DNA from: Betaproteobacteria bacterium
Lineage (GTDB): Bacteria; Pseudomonadota; Gammaproteobacteria; Burkholderiales; SG8-41
NCBI GenBank assembly: GCA_900299145.1
Contig: OMIN01000031.1
Location: 249 to 64,248, forward strand
Length of the DNA stretch: 64,000 nucleotides
Direction of reading: 5' to 3'
The notes under the pieces: model-generated
The model's database searches: none
What the model was told of the DNA's origin: nothing
Seen by the model: the letters and a program-made list of their open reading frames with translations, nothing else
Made by a program: the position numbers and the translations under genes
In this document: in pieces, positions 51,638-59,875 of the stretch
Layout: the number at the start of each line of letters is the position of its first letter
Numbering within the stretch: the stretch's first letter is position 1

Positions 51638-52503
51638 GTCCGTCTCCGTGGATCGACCAAGTCGCGCAGCGAATCGCCTAGCAGGTTGAAGCAGAACACT
51701 GCCAGCATCAGCACCGCGCCGGGGAAGAGCGCGATCCACCATTCGCCTGAGACTATGTACTGCGCACCCTCGGCAACCATGATGCCCCATTCTGCAGCTG
51801 GAGGGCGCACGCCAAGACCGATAAAGGACAGGCCGGCGGCGTTGAGAATGGCCCAACCCATGTTGAGCGAAACCTGAACTGTCATCGGCGGAAGAATATT
51901 GGGAATGATGTGGTAGAACAGCAGTCGCGCTTCGCTGTTGCCGGCCAGTCGCGCCGCCTCGACGAACCCGGTGTTTCTTAGTACACCGGACTCGGCCCGC
52001 GCCACGCGGATGTAGAAGGGTAGATTGATGATGGCGGTGGCCAGCACGATGTTGGCGACGGTGTTGCCCATCGCGGCGACGATGCCCATGGCCAGCACGA
52101 ACAGAGGGAATGCCATGATGGTGTCGGACAGCCGGCCGACGATGCGGTCGGTCCAGCCGCCGAAGAAGCCGGCGCAGGCACCGGCTAGGCCGCCAATTAG
52201 CACCGAGATGCTTACTGCAGCCACCGCGATACCGAGGTCCAGCCGCGCTGCTACCACCACCCGCGACAGAATATCGCGGCCAAGCGCGTCGGTGCCGAAC
52301 CAATACTTTAACGAAGGAGGTGCAAGTGGTGTGCCGACGTTGGATGTCAATGCATCGAAGGGCGCAAGCCACGGCCCGACCAGCGCCAGCAGAACAAATG
52401 TGGCAAAGAGCAGGAAAGCGGCGAGCGACAGCGGGTTCTCGCCGACGACGTAGCGCAGCGCGGTCCAGCGCTTTTGCCACGGTGACATTACAGCTTCAGC
52501 CAT
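51634..52503 (-). CDS. Peptide-type ABC permease (DppC-like)
   Basis: FGTDALGRDILSR, EAARLAG loop, GLGVRPPAAEWG. Confidence 0.92.
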   Translation of the reverse strand: MAEAVMSPWQKRWTALRYVVGENPLSLAAFLLFATFVLLALVGPWLAPFDALTSNVGTPLAPPSLKYWFGTDALGRDILSRVVVAARLDLGIAVAAVSISVLIGGLAGACAGFFGGWTDRIVGRLSDTIMAFPLFVLAMGIVAAMGNTVANIVLATAIINLPFYIRVARAESGVLRNTGFVEAARLAGNSEARLLFYHIIPNILPPMTVQVSLNMGWAILNAAGLSFIGLGVRPPAAEWGIMVAEGAQYIVSGEWWIALFPGAVLMLAVFCFNLLGDSLRDLVDPRRRT

Positions 52504-53509
52504 CGACACGCATCCGAGGATCGACCAAGCCATAGGCAATGTCGATGGCGAGGTTGAGGAAGACGTAAAGCAGCGCCATGGTCAGCACGAAGCCCTGCAC
52601 CGCTGCATAGTCCGAGGCGACCAGCGCTTCGATGGCGAAGGTGCCGATGCCCGGCCAGGCGAAGACCTTTTCGACCAGCACGTTGGAGCCGAGCAGGAAG
52701 GAGAACACCATGCCAAGAGTGGTCATTACCGGCAGCAGTGCGTTGCGGAAGGCGTAGGTGAAGAGCACTGTGGTCGGCGCCAGACCCGCGGCGCGCGCGG
52801 TGCGAATGAAATCGGCTGACAGCACCCCGAGCATCGAGGCACGCGTCATGCGCGCCAGCGGCGCCAGCACGAACAGCGCCAAGGTGATGGTAGGCAGAAT
52901 CAGTTGTTTAATCGCGCCGACGAATGCGGCAAGATCGCGGGCAATCAGGCTGTCGATCAAGTAGAAGCCGGAAACATGCGGCGGCGTCGACAAATAGGGG
53001 TCGAGCCGCCCCAGCGGCGATGGTGCCCAGCCGAGCAGGAAATAGAAGAAGTACGCCAGCAGCAGGCCGGTGAAGAAGGTCGGCAAGGACACGCCGGCAG
53101 TAGTAATGCCACGGCAAAGGTGGTCGATCCACGAGCCGGGCCGCGTTGCAGCGAGTATGCCCAGTGGCACTGCAACGCTTACAGCAAGCAACAAAGCACA
53201 AAGTGTCAACTCGACCGAGGCGGGCAGACGCATGGCAATTTCAGTAAGCACGGGCTGGCCAGTGCCGAGCGATGTGCCCCAGTCCCCGCGCGTTAGGTCG
53301 CGCACGTAGACCACGAACTGTTCGGGCATAGATTTATCTAGCCCGAGTTTCTTGCGGATTTCCTGAACTGCCTCGGCAGTGCCCGCCGGGCCCGCGAAGA
53401 ACGCCGCCGGATCGCCCGGCAGGGCACGCGTCAGCAGGAAGGTGACGACGACCACCCCGATCAAGTTTGGGATCGAACCCACCAGCCGTTTGAGAATGGT
53501 CGATACCAT
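52496..53509 (-). CDS. Peptide-type ABC permease (DppB-like)
   Basis: PGDPA, GDWGTS, FIRTARAAGL, VEKVFAWPGIG. Confidence 0.93.
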   Translation of the reverse strand: MVSTILKRLVGSIPNLIGVVVVTFLLTRALPGDPAAFFAGPAGTAEAVQEIRKKLGLDKSMPEQFVVYVRDLTRGDWGTSLGTGQPVLTEIAMRLPASVELTLCALLLAVSVAVPLGILAATRPGSWIDHLCRGITTAGVSLPTFFTGLLLAYFFYFLLGWAPSPLGRLDPYLSTPPHVSGFYLIDSLIARDLAAFVGAIKQLILPTITLALFVLAPLARMTRASMLGVLSADFIRTARAAGLAPTTVLFTYAFRNALLPVMTTLGMVFSFLLGSNVLVEKVFAWPGIGTFAIEALVASDYAAVQGFVLTMALLYVFLNLAIDIAYGLVDPRMRVDG

Positions 53510-53515
53510 TGCCGA

Positions 53516-55120
53516 TTACTGCTTCGAAATTTGGCGATAGTCAGGCTGCAGATGAAACCAGTAGGTGTAGCCTTGGACGTTCTTCTGCATCGCTACGTCC
53601 ATCATCGGCTGTGCCACAGGGATGCGCGGTACGTCCCTGTAGGAGATGTCGATAAAGCCCTTTACCGACTGCGCATACTTTTTGCTGTCTCCCTCAAAGC
53701 GCGCTGACTCCACTAGCTTGTCTAGCTCGGCGTTCTGGTAGCTCATGGTGTTGAACACCGCGTTTTGCCCGTGATAAGTCCAGAAGTAGAAGTACTCGGG
53801 ATAGTTGAGCCAGCCGCCAAAGCGGTTGACGATCAGCGGCATGTCCTTCTTCAGCAGCGCAGCACGCCAGTTGGCGCCTGGCACTTTGTTGATCGTCACC
53901 TTGATGTTGATCTGTGCCAGTGACTCCTGGATCAGGATGGCCATGGGTTCTGACACCGTGCCTTGGCCAAGGTCGAACGAGAGCGTGGTCTCGAAGCCTG
54001 CTTCCTTGCCCGCCTCCTTCATCAGGGCCTTGGCCTTGGAGACGTCGGTCGCGTACGAGGTTGAAGTCGGCCATTCCGTGCCCGTTACCGGCTTCTTGGC
54101 GCCAAACAGCGGCACAGCGCGGCCATAGAGTGCGCTCTGCATGATCTTGTCGTAAGGCAGCGCGTAGGCTACGGCCTGGCGCACCTTGACGTTGTCGAAG
54201 GGCGGCTTGTTCGACAGCATGCCGACGTACCACATGGAGTTTTCAATCGGTACGCTAGCGACCTTGACATTGCCTTTCTCCAGCGACATCTCGGCAAAAT
54301 CCTTGGGCGGCATTTCGTAGGTCATGTCGATATCGCCCTTGGCGAGCAGAGCACGACGATTGCCGGCGGAGGGCACCTCGCGCTGGATGATCCGCTTGAT
54401 CTTCGGCAGCGGTCCGCCCTTCCATTCGTCGAAGCGCTCGTAGACGATCTCTTGGCCAGGTTTGTAGGAGGCGACCTTGTAGGCGCCACCGCCCGCAGTG
54501 TTGTTCTTGAGCCAGTTCGCGGCCCACGGGTCTTCCTTGGTGGCGTTCTTCTGCGCTAGCGTCGAGTTGTAGATCGAGGCCACCGGCACCGCCATGTCCG
54601 GCAGGGTCATCTTGTCCTTGCGCAGGAAGGTGACCCTGAAGGTGTGATCATCTACGGCTTCGAACTGCTCGGTTTTTTCCAGCGAACCGGCCTTCATCTG
54701 GAAGGTGGGGAAGCCGCCCATGGCGAGCGCACGGTCGTAGGACCACTTGACGTCCTTGGCCGTCACTGGCGTGCCGTCATGGAATTTCGCGCCCTTGTTG
54801 AGTTTAAAGGTCACTGACATGCCGTCCTTGGCGACCTGCCAGCTCTCGGCAAGTTCGGGCTCAAGCTTCGAGTAGTCATAGCTGACGGTACCATTGGGAA
54901 GCTTTTTCTTGCCGTAGGTCATCAGGCGATCGTAGGCGAGCCACGCCACGCCGTAAGCAGGGCGGTTGGCACCGACACCCTGGATGTCTAGCATGTTGGG
55001 ACCGGTCTCGTTGGCGACGATGAGCGTCTCCTTCTTTGCGTCCTGGGCGCAAGCGACGAGCGGCGCGCAGGCAAGCAACGCGGTGCTGACGATACTAAAG
55101 CACAACTGTTTGGCCATCAT
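53516..55120 (-). CDS. ABC substrate-binding protein, family 5
   Basis: Signal peptide; LAESW, FHDGTPVTAKDVKWS, GGGAYK. Confidence 0.92.
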   Translation of the reverse strand: MMAKQLCFSIVSTALLACAPLVACAQDAKKETLIVANETGPNMLDIQGVGANRPAYGVAWLAYDRLMTYGKKKLPNGTVSYDYSKLEPELAESWQVAKDGMSVTFKLNKGAKFHDGTPVTAKDVKWSYDRALAMGGFPTFQMKAGSLEKTEQFEAVDDHTFRVTFLRKDKMTLPDMAVPVASIYNSTLAQKNATKEDPWAANWLKNNTAGGGAYKVASYKPGQEIVYERFDEWKGGPLPKIKRIIQREVPSAGNRRALLAKGDIDMTYEMPPKDFAEMSLEKGNVKVASVPIENSMWYVGMLSNKPPFDNVKVRQAVAYALPYDKIMQSALYGRAVPLFGAKKPVTGTEWPTSTSYATDVSKAKALMKEAGKEAGFETTLSFDLGQGTVSEPMAILIQESLAQINIKVTINKVPGANWRAALLKKDMPLIVNRFGGWLNYPEYFYFWTYHGQNAVFNTMSYQNAELDKLVESARFEGDSKKYAQSVKGFIDISYRDVPRIPVAQPMMDVAMQKNVQGYTYWFHLQPDYRQISKQ

Positions 55121-55132
55121 GTTGAGTCCTCT

Positions 55133-56977
55133 TTAGGCGGTGGTGATGCGGGTTGAAGAAGTTTGAGCGGCGATGTAAGCACGCCAGCCGCCGAAATGCG
55201 TGATGTCCTCGGCGCCTTCCGTGGCGACCGCTTCGCAGACAAACCCTTTGACGTTGGTGCCATCCTCGAGCTGCAAGGTGCCGATGCCGAGCGGTGCGGG
55301 AATTGCGGCTACAAAGCTGCCGAAGTGGTATGCCGGCAGTTCCCAGAGTTCGACCTCTACTCTCACACCTGTGTCCGGGGCCACGCGCACCAAGCCCGGC
55401 TTGGGCGGCGTGGTGCCTGACAGGGCATAGAAGCGATAGTGCGGTGCCGTGCGCGTGGCGCGTAACAGACGCGCGCCTCGTTCGACGAGTTGCCAGTTGA
55501 GCGGCATCCCGGAAAGATGCGCTCCGACCACAGCGACCGTGATCGTTTCCCCGTGCTGCGGTAAGGGCGGCAGCGGCGTTCTACGATGCGGCGGAAGTCC
55601 CACGCCGCTTGCGAGGCGGCGATGCAGTGTCGACTCGATACGCCGTGCGAACTCAGCTAGGCGATGGTCACCGCCACCCGGAGCGATCAAGGTGATGCCT
55701 GCGGGGAGGCCATCAATGCGGAAAGGTCCGGGAAGCGCCAGCGCGCTCATGTGGAGCAGGTTGACGAAATTGGTGTAGATGCCCAAGCGGCTGTTGGCTG
55801 TGATCGGCTCGGCGGCGATCTGGGCTCGGGTGTATATCGTGGGTGCCGTGGGGACGAGAAGCAGATCGATATCGTTGAACACTGCCTCGGCCATACGCTT
55901 GCCGGCTTCGAGCCGATACAAAGCGGCGAATGTGTCGGCAGCACTCTTGCCGTCGGCCTTGCCCATCACCGTGCGCACCGTCGGGTCCATGGCTTCGGCG
56001 TGCCGATCATAGAAGTCGGCGATGGCGAGACGCCGTTCCGCCACCCACGGGCCGTCGTACAGAAGCGCGGCGATTTCAGCGAATGGTGCGAGTGGTACGT
56101 CGGTAAAACTCAGCAACGTGTGTTGCTTTAGCGCGTGCAAGGCCGCCGAGAAGGCACCGGCAGCTATTGAGTCGCCGCAGAAATCGAGTGGAGCCGGGAT
56201 GCCAATGCGCAGCTCTTTCGTTAGCGTCCCTAAACTTGCGACTTCATGCGAATAGGGATCGGCTTGGTCGCGACCGGCAAGTACTGACAGCACTTGCCAA
56301 CCCTCGGCGACGGATTGTGCAAATATCGAAACGCAGTCGAGGCTGCGACAGGCGGGAAACACACCTGAGGTGCTCACCAATCCCGGCGTCGGCTTGATTC
56401 CAACTAGGTTGCAGAAACCGGCCGGCACTCGACCTGATCCTGCTGTGTCGGTTCCTAATGCAAAGGCAACCAGACCCTGCGCCACGGCCGCCGCCGAACC
56501 TGAACTCGATCCACCGGACACGTAGTCAGAATTGAATGGGTTCGGTACCTCGCCGTATGGCGAGCGAGTGCCTACCAAGCCAGTAGCGAACTGGTCGAGA
56601 TTTGTCTTGCCTACCACTATCGCGCCGGAGGCCTCGAGCCTTTCGATCACGGTCGCGGACCGCTTCGGGGTATAGGCGAACGCAGGACAGGCACAGGTCG
56701 TGGGTATGCTCGCTATGTCGATGTTGTCCTTGACGGCATATGGAACACCAAACAGCGGCAGGACATCCAACACACCCGGGTCAACGACGAATCGGTCGGT
56801 CAGCGCGGTGGCGCGCGCGAGTAGCGCCGCCTCATCGACAAGGGTAATGAAGATGGGCGCGACACCGCAGGTGCGAATGCGCGCGAGAATTTCTCGCACA
56901 AGGTCGACGGGAGTAAACTCGCGTCGACGGTAGCCATTGTTGATGGCATCGACGGTTAGTGCAGCGGGGAGTTGCAT
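55133..56977 (-). CDS. atzF: Allophanate hydrolase
   Basis: AVKDNID, KTNLDQFATGLVGTRSPYG, GTDTAGSGRVPA, C-domain VVGAHLSGMPLN. Confidence 0.95.
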   Translation of the reverse strand: MQLPAALTVDAINNGYRRREFTPVDLVREILARIRTCGVAPIFITLVDEAALLARATALTDRFVVDPGVLDVLPLFGVPYAVKDNIDIASIPTTCACPAFAYTPKRSATVIERLEASGAIVVGKTNLDQFATGLVGTRSPYGEVPNPFNSDYVSGGSSSGSAAAVAQGLVAFALGTDTAGSGRVPAGFCNLVGIKPTPGLVSTSGVFPACRSLDCVSIFAQSVAEGWQVLSVLAGRDQADPYSHEVASLGTLTKELRIGIPAPLDFCGDSIAAGAFSAALHALKQHTLLSFTDVPLAPFAEIAALLYDGPWVAERRLAIADFYDRHAEAMDPTVRTVMGKADGKSAADTFAALYRLEAGKRMAEAVFNDIDLLLVPTAPTIYTRAQIAAEPITANSRLGIYTNFVNLLHMSALALPGPFRIDGLPAGITLIAPGGGDHRLAEFARRIESTLHRRLASGVGLPPHRRTPLPPLPQHGETITVAVVGAHLSGMPLNWQLVERGARLLRATRTAPHYRFYALSGTTPPKPGLVRVAPDTGVRVEVELWELPAYHFGSFVAAIPAPLGIGTLQLEDGTNVKGFVCEAVATEGAEDITHFGGWRAYIAAQTSSTRITTA

Positions 56978-56990
56978 CGACTTCGCTCAT

Positions 56991-57014
56991 CTTGGATACA
57001 AGATAGGATGCAAG
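56991..57014. promoter_or_regulatory. Putative GntR/FadR operator pair
   Basis: Near-palindrome CTTGGATACAAG (56991-57002) plus degenerate copy ATAGGATGCAAG between promoter and atzF start. Confidence 0.5.
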
Positions 57015-57016
57015 AA

Positions 57017-57032
57017 AGCAGAAAACGTGCCA
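57017..57032 (-). promoter_or_regulatory. Sigma54 (-24/-12) promoter for atzF operon
   Basis: Minus strand TGGCACGTTTTCTGCT, GG-N10-GC spacing exact, one mismatch to TGGCAC-N5-TTGCW. Confidence 0.7.
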
Positions 57033-57118
57033 TCTCGTTTGCTTAATACGAACTTGCTGATTCAAAGGGGGAACCGTGTAATCGCCTACGGTTGAATCGG
57101 CTGCCGGAGATCGTGTCG

Positions 57119-57156
57119 CGCACGGACGCGGTGCATTGGCGAAACAACTTGGTGCA
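57119..57156. promoter_or_regulatory. Putative NtrC enhancer sites
   Basis: Minus strand TGCACCGCGTCCGTGCG (57119-57135) and TGCACCAAGTTGTTTCG half site (57140-57156), about 90-125 bp upstream of the sigma54 box. Confidence 0.55.
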
Positions 57157-57191
57157 CTTTTGAGCTATCCCGCTTTTCGTAGACGGTTAAA

Positions 57192-58055
57192 TTAAGCACT
57201 TAGCCATTCTCGCTCAACCTGCTCGGGTGTGCGATAGCCGAGCGATTGATGAATGCGTTTGCGGTTGTAAAACGCCTCGATGTAATCAAAGATGACAGCA
57301 CGGGCCTCATCCCGCGTGCGGAAATCGCAGTGGTGTATCACCTCGTTTTTAAGATTCGAGAAGAAGCTCTCCGCCACCGCGTTGTCCTGCGGCACCTTGC
57401 GCCCATTCATACTCGCACATACGCCATAGTCGGCAAGCAGTTGCCGGTATGCGCCGGTGTTGTATTGCGGCCCCCGGTCGGTGTGGTGAATCAAGCCCGC
57501 TGCCGGCTCGCGGTGCTCCAGCGCCATTTTCAGTGCGCCGACGTGTAATTGCTGTCCCGGCTGCTGATCCATCGCCCAGCCCACCACTTTGCGTGAGTAC
57601 AGATCGAGCAACACCGCCAGATGCAGCCAGCCCTCGCGCGTGCGAATGAACGTCATGTCACCAGCCCACACCCGGTTTGGCTGGGGAGCATGGAAACGGC
57701 CCAGCAGCAAGTCCGGCGCGGGCGGCGCTGTTTTGTGGTGCTCTACGGTGAGCCGTTGCCGGCTGTGGCGATTCGCTTCGATGTGGTGTTCTCGCCGTAA
57801 CCGGGCTACCCGATGCTTGCCGCAAGGTATGCCACGGGCGTTGAGCGTGCGCCAGGTCTTCACGCTGCCGTAGGCCTCGCGGTGTTCCACGTGCACGCGC
57901 CGGATTTCAATCGTCAGTTCACGATCCGCGCTGGCCCGTGCGCTTTCGGGACGGGTGAGCCACGCATGGTAGCCGCTGCGGGAAACCCGCAGCAGTTCAC
58001 ACAACCGGGCAATTGCATACCGGCTTCGTTGCTCACGAATGAAGGCATACTTCAC
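57192..58055 (-). CDS. IS3 transposase OrfB (DDE)
   Basis: WAGDMT, HHTDRG, AVAESFF, YNRKRIH. Confidence 0.93.
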   Translation of the reverse strand: MKYAFIREQRSRYAIARLCELLRVSRSGYHAWLTRPESARASADRELTIEIRRVHVEHREAYGSVKTWRTLNARGIPCGKHRVARLRREHHIEANRHSRQRLTVEHHKTAPPAPDLLLGRFHAPQPNRVWAGDMTFIRTREGWLHLAVLLDLYSRKVVGWAMDQQPGQQLHVGALKMALEHREPAAGLIHHTDRGPQYNTGAYRQLLADYGVCASMNGRKVPQDNAVAESFFSNLKNEVIHHCDFRTRDEARAVIFDYIEAFYNRKRIHQSLGYRTPEQVEREWLSA

Positions 58056-58381
58056 GGCAGTTCCTTCGCAAAGTATGCGGCTGCCTTTTTTAAAATGTCG
58101 CGCTCCTCGGTCACGCGTTTGAGCTCGCGCCGTAGCCGATCCACTTCGCTGTAGTCTGACAGCCGCTTGGCGCCCGGGCCGCGAAAGGCGGCTGCCTCGC
58201 CCTTTGAACCCAATTGTGCCTGCCACTTATACAGTTGGTTGCGGCGAATGCCCAATTCCAGCGCTAATTGCGCCGCCGGCTTTTGCCCCGCTTCCAGCAG
58301 CTTTACCGCCTCCAGCTTGAATTCCTTGGCAAACCGAGCGCGTCTACGCCCCGCATTGACCTTTTCCAGTTCCTTGCCCAT
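58052..58381 (-). CDS. IS3 transposase OrfA
   Basis: FAKEFKLEAV...LKRVTEERDILKKAAAYFAKE. Confidence 0.93.
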   Translation of the reverse strand: MGKELEKVNAGRRRARFAKEFKLEAVKLLEAGQKPAAQLALELGIRRNQLYKWQAQLGSKGEAAAFRGPGAKRLSDYSEVDRLRRELKRVTEERDILKKAAAYFAKELP

Positions 58382-58441
58382 TCGACACCTCCACAGGTAT
58401 TGTCTAACTTCAAAAGTGTCTACGAAAGCTGGGATAGCTCA

Positions 58442-59505
58442 CTACTGCCAATTGGTTTTCCGGCGTCGTTTGAGAATGGCACAATTCCGCCGCGCTCAGA
58501 CTCCTGGCCTCACATACGCGGGGATGTGAAAGTGAGGCAACGAAAACTAGAGCAACCGGTGAAAGTGTTCAGCGGGTGGAGCTCTAAGGAGTTAGTAGAG
58601 AAATTTATCGATAACAAGTGCCAAACTATCATCGACGGTAAGGGCCAGGAAACCGTTTTCGAGATTACATCAAGCGGCACAATCGAAGCAGTTAAAGTTA
58701 GGGGCGCCCCCAGCCACGTAATTTCGACACTTACGGGATTCGGGGGGCCGCAAAAGGCAACCGCCGACCTTCTGGAATTGGGCGTTCCATTTGATGACTA
58801 CCCGAAGCCTGTCCAATTAATCAAATATCTGACGTCTATGATTAGGGGGAGTGACTTCCTAGCTCTCGATTTTTTCTCTGGATCAGCGACAACCGCACAT
58901 GCAATTCTGCAGCTAAACGCTGAAGATGGCGGGAGTCGAAAGTTTGTCATGGTGCAACTTCCGGAGAGGTGCGCCGACGAGACGGCGGCGTTCAAAGCAG
59001 GGTATCAAACCATCGCAGAAATTGGTAAAGACAGAATTCGTCGTGTTGGACAGAAATTTATTGCAAGTGGTCAAAAGATCGATGTCGGCTTTCGTGTTCT
59101 AAAGATTAATTCGTCAAATATGGCCAACATCTACTACGCCCCGACGCACTGGACAGAGCTAACCTCGATCTGTTCGTCGATAACATCAAGCCCGACCGTA
59201 CGCCGGAGGACCTGCTGTTCCAGGTGATGCTGGACTGGGGCGTCGATCTGGCACTGCCGATTGCCAAAGCGGGGATTCAGGGCAAGGACGTGTACTTCGT
59301 CGATGGCCAAGACACGAACATGGCACTCGCGGCCTGTTTTGACGCGCACGGAGGTGTCGATGAAGCTTTTGTCAAAGAACTGGCCAGGCGCCAACCCCTG
59401 TGCGTGGTGTTCCGCGATGCCGGTTTCAAGGACAGCGCGGTCAAGATCAACGTGGAGCAGATTTTCAAGCTGTTGTCGCCCGCCACCGATGTGAAGTGCA
59501 TTTAG
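58442..59505 (+). pseudogene. mod: Type III R-M methyltransferase (mod), 5' truncated by IS and frameshifted
   Basis: YPKPVQLI, LDFFSGSATTAHA, KFVMVQLPE present; DPPY half missing; 1-bp deletion at 59139-59142. Confidence 0.9.
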
Positions 59506-59515
59506 GGAGAGCGGC

Positions 59516-59738
59516 ATGCGTGAATCCGGATTCCCCGCCCTGCCTGCCGGATATGCGGACTGGCTGGCCGACCTTAAGCAGCGCATTCATGCCGCGCACA
59601 GCGTGCCACGCTCGCGGTTAACCGGGAGCTGGTGTTGTTGTATTGGCAAATCGGCCGGGGCATTCTAGAGCGGAATTGCAGACGGACTTGCCGCGAATTG
59701 AAAGATATCGAGCGCGAGTTGCAGGGCGTGGATGAATA
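59516..59738 (+). pseudogene. YhcG/DUF1016 (PD-(D/E)XK nuclease) remnant with large internal deletion
   Basis: YADWLADLKQRIHAA.QRATLAVNRELVLLYWQIG..ILER joined directly to C-terminal ELQTDLPRIE/DIERELQ; frameshifts. Confidence 0.8.
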
Positions 59739-59875
59739 AAAAAATTAATAAAATCAATAAGTTACTGATAAACACACGCAGTAAAGCGGCCATGGTCAAC
59801 ATGGGCGTGAACAGCGCGCCGCGCCGACGGCTTGCAGAGAAGAAATAGAAGTTTGCAGAGAGATTGCAGAGAACA

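Larger units (their letters stand above)
57161..58441 (-). mobile_element. Intact IS3-family insertion sequence (1281 bp)
   Basis: IRs TGAGCTATCCCGCTTTTCGTAGAC / TGAGCTATCCCAGCTTTCGTAGAC; orfA + orfB; A6G slippery site 58085-58091. Confidence 0.95.

Noticed and set aside
50660-52480. 606-aa ORF as one protein
   Set aside because: Only the part from GTG 51637 is the ATPase; the upstream part is an alternative frame over dppC
58268-59227. 319-aa ORF as a functional IS-Mod chimera
   Set aside because: TTG start lies antisense within IS orfA; the product would lack DPPY and is frameshifted
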